A DNA stretch of 13,276 nt, taken from NCBI RefSeq assembly GCF_006345805.1, contig NW_021826300.1:1-13276 (forward strand), read 5' to 3'. This DNA is from Octopus sinensis. Taxonomy: Eukaryota. Positions 1 to 7,185 of this stretch are shown here, piece by piece; the stretch's first letter is position 1, and each line of letters starts with the position of its first letter. The notes under the pieces were generated by a model that saw only the letters and a program-made list of their open reading frames with translations, did no database searches and was not told the DNA's origin. The position numbers were made by a program, and so were the translations under genes.

Positions 1-63
1 GTGGCAGACGAAATACGCTAAACATTTTGCCCGGCGTGCTAACGTTTCTGCCAGCTCACCGCC
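1..63 (-). mobile_element. 5' head of SINE family A, cut by window edge
   Basis: Reverse complement (ggcggtgagctggcagaaacgttagcacgccgggcaaaatg...) matches the heads at 1893 and 10326. Confidence 0.85.
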
Positions 64-120
64 AATGTAATCGACTTACCCTCTCCCCGGGAATTGATGG
101 CCTTGTGCCAAAATTTGAAA
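64..120 (+). mobile_element. 3' fragment of a SINE A-related element with a different tail
   Basis: Begins atgtaatcgactta, as in the SINE A 3' part (10480-10493), then diverges into ccctctcccc...ggccttgtgccaaaatttgaaa. Confidence 0.5.
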
Positions 121-314
121 TAAATAACTACAAGAGAGATTAAGTTAATTCTACATCACTATTATCATTACATCACATCGGATACGGTTTTCAGTTACTG
201 ATATCGTCTGTGTGTCGCCATTTTCTAGTGAGCTGAGCCAGGATACCATAAGGTAAGCCATAAATATAATTTGCCAATAATAACATTCTTAGTTTAATGT
301 CAGAGAAAAGTATA

Positions 315-369
315 GAACCCGGAACCATGAGGTTAAGAACCAAACTTCTTACGACAGCACTATGACTGT
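315..369 (-). mobile_element. Degenerate SINE family B head
   Basis: gaacccggaaccatg is the reverse complement of catggttccgggttc in SINE B heads (3970-3984); flanking similarity is decayed. Confidence 0.55.
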
Positions 370-391
370 TCATATATATATATATATATAT

Positions 392-493
392 TTAATCAAT
401 ATAGGGTGGCAAAAAATTTTGTAGAATTTTTTTGCCACCAGCGGCCTAGTGGGAAAAAATTAAATAGTCATAGACCATTTATAAGTTCAACAT
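392..493 (-). repeat. 102-bp inverted segment of the 499-bp unit
   Basis: Reverse complement matches 663-764 and 1162-1263 (1 mismatch to copy 2, 3 to copy 1). Confidence 0.95.
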
Positions 494-510
494 TGGTTTA
501 CCATTAAACA

Positions 511-539
511 ATAGATGAAACGGTGCACCGTATAAGAAA
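511..539 (+). ncRNA. 3' half of hammerhead motif (CUGANGA half absent at the inversion junction)
   Basis: ATAGAT-GAAA-CGGTGCACCG-TA-TAAGAAA, identical to the complete copies. Confidence 0.7.
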
Positions 540-924
540 TTACAGGGTAAATGTTTTTTTTAATTTTCTCCTGGTTTGCGGAATTAATGTTATTTTGCGG
601 TTGAAGCTTTGGCTGTTATTTCTAGTGGGTGAATGGCCTATTATGGCCGTTCCTTGATTGTGATGTTGAACTCATAAATGGTATATGACTATTTAATTTT
701 TTCCCACTAGGCCGCTGGTGGAAAAAAAATTCTACAAAATTTTTTGCCACCCTATATTGATTAATTATGAATTTTCTGGTTAATTCCGTAATGGAATCGG
801 CGGCTTATATTTATTTGCTGCCGATAAATTTGGCGCGAGTGCGATGATTTGAAAATTTTAGGTCAGATATTGCCGAGGCAGGGAGAGAAGTGCCTCGTGA
901 AAATATCTGTTCCGATCTGGCTGT

Positions 925-1038
925 TTTCTTACTGACGAATCTATCGGCCTATGGAAGATTGGCTTGATTTAATTTAATCAATTTAATCAGGTTGGTTTAC
1001 CATTAAACAATAGATGAAACGGTGCACCGTATAAGAAA
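925..1038 (+). ncRNA. Type I hammerhead ribozyme, copy 1
   Basis: Stem I TTTCTTA 925-931 / TAAGAAA 1032-1038; core CTGACGA 932-938; stem II ATCTAT 939-944 / ATAGAT 1010-1015; GAAA 1016-1019; stem III palindrome ACGGTGCACCGT 1019-1030; GUA triplet, predicted cleavage after 1031. Confidence 0.88.
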
Positions 1039-1423
1039 TTACAGGGTAAATGTTTTTTTTAATTTTCTCCTGGTTTGCGGGATTAATGTTATTTTGCGGT
1101 TGAAGCTTTGGCTGTTATTTCTAGTGGGTGAATGGCCTATTATGGCCGTTCCTTGATTGTGATGTTGAACTTATAAATGGTCTATGACTATTTAATTTTT
1201 TCCCACTAGGCCGCTGGTGGCAAAAAAATTCTACAAAATTTTTTGCCACCCTATATTTATTAATTATGAATTTTCTGGTTAATTCCGTAATGGAATCGGC
1301 GGCTTATATTTATTTGCTGCCGATAAATTTGGCGCGAGTGCGATGATTTGAAAATTTTAGGTCAGATATTGCCGAGGCAGGGAGAGAAGTGCCTTGTGAA
1401 AATATCTGTTCCGATCTGGCTGT

Positions 1424-1537
1424 TTTCTTACTGACGAATCTATCGGCCTATGGAAGATTGGCTTGATTTAATTTAATCAATTTAATCAGGTTGGTTTACC
1501 ATTAAACAATAGATGAAACGGTGCACCGTATAAGAAA
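1424..1537 (+). ncRNA. Type I hammerhead ribozyme, copy 2
   Basis: Same as copy 1 shifted by 499: CTGACGA 1431-1437, GAAA 1515-1518, predicted cleavage after 1530, TAAGAAA 1531-1537. Confidence 0.88.
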
Positions 1538-1657
1538 TTACAGGGTAAATGTTTTTTTTAATTTTCTCCTGGTTTGCGGAATTAATGTTATTTTGCGGTT
1601 GAAGCTTTGGCTGTTATTTCTAGTGGGTGAATGGCCTATTATGGCCGTTCCTTGATT

Positions 1658-1660
<3 letters not shown>

Positions 1661-1693
<33 letters not shown>

Positions 1694-1825
1694 GTGTGTG
1701 TGTGGTGTGTGTGTTGTGTGTTGTGCTGCGTGTTGTGTGGTTGTCTTAACGTATGTCTATGCGTATATATGGTGTGTGTGTGTATGTATATATATATACA
1801 TATTTGTATGTGTAATATATAGTAT

Positions 1826-1870
<45 letters not shown>

Positions 1871-1890
1871 CAAACATATATACATACATA
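1661..1890. repeat. (TA)n/(TG)n compound microsatellite
   Basis: Direct reading. Confidence 0.9.
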
Positions 1891-1892
1891 AA

Positions 1893-2119
1893 GGCGGCGA
1901 GCTGGCAGAAACGTTAGCACGTCGGGCGAAATGCTTAGCGGTATTTCGTCTGCCGTTATGCTGTGAGTTCAAATTCCGCCGAGGTCCACTTTGCCTTTCA
2001 TCCTTTCGGGGTCGATAAATTAAGTACCAGTTACGCACTGGGGTCGATGTAATCGATTTACTCCCTTTGTCTGTCCTTGTTTGTTCCCTCTATGTTTAGC
2101 CCCTTGTGGGTAATAAAGA
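1893..2119 (+). mobile_element. tRNA-derived SINE family A, full length (central part resembles the Nin/Deu domain)
   Basis: A-box-like tggcagaaacg, B-box gagttcaaattcc, central gcctttcatcctttcggggtcgataaattaagtacc. Near-identical copy at 10326-10550. Domain name recalled, not searched. Confidence 0.85.
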
Positions 2120-2382
2120 TATATAAATATATGTGTGTTTGTGTATAAATGTATGTATGCATTTATTACAGAGTAGCTCATTCTAAAATCTCTGTAAGAG
2201 GTGCAAGTAGGAGCTCTAGTGGAAAGTAATGTTTGTTGCTACTTCAAACATGGCTGTCACGTATGGAACGACGTTACTACCCTTAACTACTTGCAAACCA
2301 TGGGACTCACAGTAACAATATTTTTTGTCGACAAAACAAATTTAAACAAACATTAATGAAGCAGTGTTTTATTATTTTCTAT

Positions 2383-2660
2383 TCTTTTATCTCTTCTCAC
2401 TCATTAGACTGCGGCCATACTGGAGCACTGCCTTGAGAATTTTAGTCGAACTAATCGAAACAAGAGCTTATTTTCTTTCTAAGCCTGGTTCTTATCCCAT
2501 CGATATCTTTGGCTCAACTGCTAAGTTACGGGGATGAAAACCCTTCCAACACCCATCGTCAGGCGGTAGTGGAGGACAAGTTAGCCCCTTGTGGGTAGTA
2601 AAGAAATAGGTAGTGGGGGACAAGCAAAAAGCCACACACACTCACAACACACACACACAC
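2383..2660 (-). mobile_element. Diverged 3' half of a SINE B-like element, interrupted at 2581-2608
   Basis: ctgcggccatactggagcactgcc and ctaagttacgggga are reverse complements of SINE B 3' motifs (about 4308-4332 and 10967-10980); ends in (CA)n. Confidence 0.75.
2581..2608 (+). mobile_element. 28-bp 5'-truncated SINE A tail with 16-bp TSD
   Basis: ttagccccttgtgggtagtaaag matches SINE A 3' ends; flanked by ggtagtggaggacaag (2565-2580) and ggtagtgggggacaag (2609-2624). Confidence 0.8.
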
Positions 2661-2681
2661 TCATGCATATGTATATATGAC

Positions 2682-2752
2682 GGGGACGTAGCTCAGTGGT
2701 AGAGCGTTCGCTTTGCATGAGAAAGGCTCCGGATTCGATCCCGGCTTCTCCA
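2682..2752 (+). tRNA. tRNA-Ala(TGC), probably a pseudogene or degenerate copy
   Basis: Cloverleaf GGGGACG-TA-GCTC-AGTGGTA-GAGC-G-TTCGC-TTTGCAT-GAGAA-AGGCT-CCGGA-TTCGATC-CCGG-CTTCTCC-A. Anticodon TGC 2714-2716, G3.U70 Ala determinant. Mismatches in acceptor and anticodon stems; T arm one base short with G53>A. Confidence 0.85.
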
Positions 2753-2757
2753 AAGTG

Positions 2758-2761
2758 TTTT
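2758..2761 (+). terminator. Putative Pol III terminator (TTTT)
   Basis: T4 run 5 nt downstream of the tRNA 3' end. Confidence 0.45.
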
Positions 2762-2767
2762 ATTATA

Positions 2768-2796
2768 GGCGTAGGAGTGTCTGTGTGGTAAGTAGC
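2768..2796 (+). mobile_element. 5' end of SINE B copy split by an insertion (continues at 3942)
   Basis: ggcgtaggagtgtctgtgtggtaagtagc matches the intact head at 11680; gtgtggtaagtagc is duplicated at 2783-2796 and 3942-3955. Confidence 0.8.
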
Positions 2797-3007
2797 CAAA
2801 TGGACTATTAAGTCCAATAATTGTCGTTTTCGCTAGAAAAAAAAAAAAAAGAACAATGTTTCAGAGAAGTAGAAAATCGGTGGGCTTTTTCTGCCTTCTC
2901 TCATCAATATCATCCTTGTTTCATCATTCACCTCATCAATGTATATGTCCAGCCCGCAAGCTACTCTTTGTAATGTCTTTATGGCAAATCTTAATGAAAT
3001 AAAGTAG

Positions 3008-3560
3008 CCAGCGGAGGTAGGATTTGAACTGTTATCCTCATTAAGAGGAAAGAAATATTATAGGTTTCCCGGTTTTGGGGATAATCAATTTATTACTGCG
3101 TGAAAAATTAAATTTTAGCCGTTGTAGGCTCTATTGTGGCACCCGTCCCTAGCGTCGGTGAGATTTGAACTGTTGTTCTCGTTGTGAGGAAAAAAATATT
3201 ATAGGTTTCCCGTTTTGGGGAATTCTATATTTTTATTACTGTGTGAAAAATTTAATTTCGAACATTGTAGGCTTTATCGTTACGTCTCGCCCCCCCCCCC
3301 CCATGGGGGTGAGATTTGAACTGTTGTCCTCGTTGTGAGAAAAAAAAATTATAGGTTTCCCATTTTTGGGGATTCTGTATTTTTATTATTGTGTGGAAAA
3401 AATAAAATTAATTTCGAACGTTGTAGGCATTGTTGTTACGTCTCGCCCCCCAGCGGGGGTGGGATTTGAACTGTTGTCCTCGTTAAGAGAAAAAAAAAAG
3501 TAAAAAATTATAGGTTTCCCATTTTCTGGGATTAAATTGTGTATAAATTATTTCGAACGA
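3008..3560 (+). repeat. Imperfect tandem repeat, unit about 141-151 bp, about 3.7 copies
   Basis: gatttgaactgtt at 3021, 3162, 3313 and 3463; each unit also has ttataggtttccc and the first three have ttgtaggc. Confidence 0.9.
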
Positions 3561-3562
3561 AT

Positions 3563-3864
3563 ATGTCGGTCGAAATAATTCAAGAAACAAACCAGCTGCA
3601 TGAGCCAGCAAAAAAGTTCGCGGCAGTAGCCGCTGTATCTTGTAAATATGTTGTAATAGAAGCGGAGAAGTTCTTCGAGATTTTTGAGAGAATGAAAGAG
3701 GAGGGTGGGGATATAAAGATCTCACCCTCCCCTTCTGTGGAAAATCTGAAGACAAGGACGGTCGTTTACAAAACGTACAGTCCTTCATCGAAAAAATTCA
3801 AGCACTTCGAAGAGTGCGAAATAGAAAAATGCCTGGCCCCTATATGGAAACAAGTAAAAGAGTA
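3563..3864 (+). pseudogene. Truncated ORF, possibly the N-terminus of a non-LTR retrotransposon ORF1 (L1/Tx1-like)
   Basis: About 100 codons of normal-complexity, K/E-rich protein (MSVEIIQETN...NLKTRTVVYKTYSPSSKKFKHFEECEIEKCLAPIWKQVK) right after the monomer repeats, then runs into microsatellite. Family call is inference from architecture. Confidence 0.5.
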
Positions 3865-3889
3865 TATAAATAAATATATATATATATAT

Positions 3890-3942
3890 ACACACACACA
3901 CAACGGGTTCTTAATTTACGCGTCCCACATCCACTCACAAGG
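3890..3942 (-). mobile_element. Inverted internal fragment of SINE B
   Basis: Reverse complement ccttgtgagtggatgtgggacgcgtaaattaagaacccgttg resembles 4045-4090. Confidence 0.6.
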
Positions 3943-4360
3943 TGTGGTAAGTAGCTTGCTTACCAACCACATGGTTCCGGGTTCAGTCCCACTGCGTGGC
4001 ACCTTGGGCAAGTGTCTTCTACTACAGCCTCAGGCCGTCCAAAGCCTTGTGAGTAGATTTGGTAGACGTAAACTGAAAGAAGCCCGTCGTATGTATATAT
4101 ATATATGTGTGTGTGTGTGTGTATGTGTGTGTGTGTGTGTACATGTATGTGTGTGTTTGTGTGTCTGTGTTTGTTCCCACCAACATCGCTTGACAACCGA
4201 TGCTGGTGTCTTTATGTCCCCGTAACTTCGCGGTTCGGCAAAAAGGACTGATAGAATAAGTACTGGGCTTACAAAGAATAAGTCCTGGGGTCGATTTGCT
4301 CGACTAATGGCAGTGCTCCAGCATGGCCGCAGTTAAATGACTGAAACAAGTAAAAGAGTA
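3942..4360 (+). mobile_element. tRNA-derived SINE family B body (CORE-like central motif, internal microsatellite)
   Basis: B-box gggttcagtccc, central accttgggcaagtg, internal (TA)/(TG)n, tail gactgaaacaagtaaaagag; homologous to 11680-12075. Confidence 0.85.
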
Positions 4361-4373
4361 ATTATTATTATTA

Positions 4374-4414
<41 letters not shown>

Positions 4415-4646
4415 TATTATTATTATTATTATTATCATATTATTTTTTATTATTATAATAATTATTATTATTATTATCAATTATTATTATTATATGTTAT
4501 TATTTATTTATTATTATATTATTATTTAATTATTATTATTATTATTATTATTGTATGATTATTTATTATTATTATTTTTATTGTTATTATATTTTTATTA
4601 TTATTGTAATTATTATTATTATTATCTATTATTATTATTATTGTTA

Positions 4647-4679
<33 letters not shown>

Positions 4680-4732
4680 GTTATTATTATTGTTATTATT
4701 ATTTATTATTATTATTTTTATTGTTATTATTA

Positions 4733-4767
<35 letters not shown>

Positions 4768-4805
4768 CATTATTATTATTATTATTATTGTTATTATTAT
4801 TTATT

Positions 4806-4851
<46 letters not shown>
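4361..4851. repeat. (ATT)n microsatellite, about 490 bp
   Basis: Direct reading; starts at the SINE B tail. Confidence 0.95.
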
Positions 4852-4853
<2 letters not shown>

Positions 4854-5061
4854 TGTGTTGGGGGTGCAAGCCTTCTTTCACTTGAAATAACTCCATTCTT
4901 TTTGACTTCTTATTTTTTCCATTGTGAATCTGTTCTTTCGGCATTGTGTTGTATGTAAGCATCGTATAAACATCCTTCTAAGCATTTAACTATGTATATG
5001 TTATACATTGTGTACACGTTCATGTAGTATATATGCATGTGTATATTACGGATATAGACAT

Positions 5062-5152
5062 TATGTAATATATATGGTATATATATATAGTATTATATAT
5101 GTATATATATATATATAACATATATATATATATATACATATATATATATTAT

Positions 5153-5207
<55 letters not shown>

Positions 5208-5218
5208 TATATAATATA
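5062..5218. repeat. (TA)n microsatellite
   Basis: Direct reading. Confidence 0.9.
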
Positions 5219-5303
5219 GGAGAGCTTGCGAAAAACAAAAGACGAAGACAGGTGGTGTACAAAACAAACAGATGTATTAGTATAACGCTCAGGAATAGAA
5301 AAA

Positions 5304-5342
5304 GTCTTTCACGTTTCGAGTCTACGCTCTTCTACACAAAGG
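5304..5342 (-). other. Possible degenerate minimal hammerhead relic
   Basis: Minus strand reads ctttgtg-TAGAAGA-Gcgtagact-C-GAAA-CG-TG-aaagac; core and cleavage triplet are both non-canonical. Confidence 0.25.
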
Positions 5343-6032
5343 GACAAAGAAAAAAACAAGGAAAGAAACAAGGAGAGAAAATATATATATGTATGTATGT
5401 ATGTATGTACGTATATATGTATATAAGTATGCATATACGTATATGGTATATGCATTCATGCGCTATAACTTCCCCTCCTTTTTTCTCAGAATCTTTCGTT
5501 AAATATTTGTTATCCATTATTTTCCCGTTCGTTCTTTACTTATTCCCCACTTCTTTCCTTTCTTCCTTCCTTTCTTTCCTCTCCCTTATACATATCCTTT
5601 TTCCATTGCTTCCTCTGTTCCTTTTACCCTATGTTTACGCTCTTTTTCCATTCTCGTTCTGTAATTACCTCGATTTCAGCATTCGTACTCATTGTATTAT
5701 ATATATATATATGTATATATATTTTTTTATTCTTTAATTCAATTTTACTTCAACTGTTGTTTGTATTTTTCGTTCTTTCTTTCTCTTCTTCTATTTTTTT
5801 TAATTCCTTCTCTCCTTCATTTTACTTCATTTATTTTATTTCATTCTTCCTCTTTTCACTTCATATTTTCATTCCTAAATATGTTCCCTTAAATTTTTTT
5901 TATCTTCCTTCCCCGGGACTTAATAGATCTTTTATCATAAAAGTAAATATAGGTATGTGCCTCTGTGTTTGTATACACATATATACATATTATACATACA
6001 AACACCAACTTATCCCCTTTACACCCCACTTA

Positions 6033-6550
6033 CATATATATAGATACAGATATATATATATATACATATATATATATACATATATATATATATACATATA
6101 GATATATAGATATATATATACACACATATATACACATAGATATATTTATGTATATATAAGTATACATATATATATATATATAAATAATATGTAATGTATA
6201 TATATATATATAATGTATATGTATAAGTATTTATATATATATATATGTATGTATGTATATATATATATGTGTGTGTGTGTATATGTGTATATTATATATA
6301 TATATATATGTATGTATGTATATATATGTCTATGTATGTATGTATATATATGTCTATGTATGTATGTATATATATGTCTATGTATGTATGTATATATATG
6401 TCTACGTATGTATATATATATGTCTATGTATGTATATATATGTCTGTGTATGTGTATATATATTTATATGTATATGTATGTATGTATACATAACTATACT
6501 CTACTTGCATATATAATATATGTACCTCTAATAAATATATATATATATAC
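6033..6550. repeat. (TA)/(TATG)n tract including a 24-bp higher-order repeat at about 6305-6445
   Basis: gtct marker recurs at 6328, 6352, 6376 and 6400, then 6422 and 6442. Confidence 0.85.
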
Positions 6551-7010
6551 CCTTATGTATGTAGAACGCAAGTACCCATTTACATATCGAGCCCTTCGTC
6601 AGTGTTTCTATTTTTTGCCTCTTCTCCGTCACTGGTTTTCCTTATTGATCCAAAATATTTATAAACAGATTTATAGTCATATAGGAACACTCATTAACAA
6701 GCATATATACACCTATATACATCTGCCTGAATCCACACACACACACACCCACACATATAAGTATAAATATACGTATATATATATATCTGCATATGTGCAT
6801 ATATATGCATACATTTATGTGTATGCTTGTGTGTATATCCACTTATATTCATACATATATGCATACATGTGTGTGTTTGTGCGTGTCTGTGTATCTGTGT
6901 GTGTTTGTGTGTGTGTGCATACATGTATACATATAGTTATAGATGTGTGCATATATTCACGTATGCGTATGTGTCCATATTATTCAAGATTATATATTTT
7001 CATTATCATT

Positions 7011-7066
7011 TTCTTCTTCTTCTTCTTCTTCTTCTTCTTCTTCTTCTTCGTCTCCTCCTCCTCCTC
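7011..7066. repeat. (TTC)n followed by (TCC)n
   Basis: Direct reading. Confidence 0.9.
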
Positions 7067-7185
7067 ATCTTCCTTTTTTTGTCTTTTCCTTTTTTCTTTT
7101 TGTTTTCGCTTTCTTGCACTCCTCTCTTTATCCGGCTAAAACTCTGTCAACACAACGCAAGGTGTGGCGTGATACGGTGCTGTGT

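Larger units (their letters stand above)
493..1662 (+). mobile_element. 499-bp tandem array (about 2.3 units) with hammerhead ribozymes; retrozyme-like or Penelope-like non-autonomous element
   Basis: ttggtttaccattaaac recurs at 493, 992 and 1491. Six substitutions seen by eye between copies 1 and 2. One hammerhead motif per unit, no credible ORF, flanked by (TA)n. Confidence 0.85.

Noticed and set aside
493-1662. CRISPR array or MITE interpretation
   Set aside because: No short repeats with unique spacers and a eukaryotic context; the inverted segment is not a terminal pair but the continuation of copy 3.
1757-2038. ORF MRNWYLIYRPRKDERQS... repeated at 10118-10471
   Set aside because: Antisense reading of SINE A; the similarity comes from the repeat.
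2850-3000. Short stop-free frame on the minus strand (ISLRFAIKTLQRVACGLDIYIDEVNDETRMILMREG...)
   Set aside because: About 50 codons with no recognisable motif; cannot be told from chance without a search.
3700-3730. Hairpin ggagggtg...caccctcc inside the ORF fragment
   Set aside because: Single stem with no T-tract or other support for function.
5631-5930. Faint resemblance of ...HIFIPKY...SPGLNR to Penelope GIY-YIG C-termini
   Set aside because: Pyrimidine-rich low-complexity context and no GIY-YIG motif visible.
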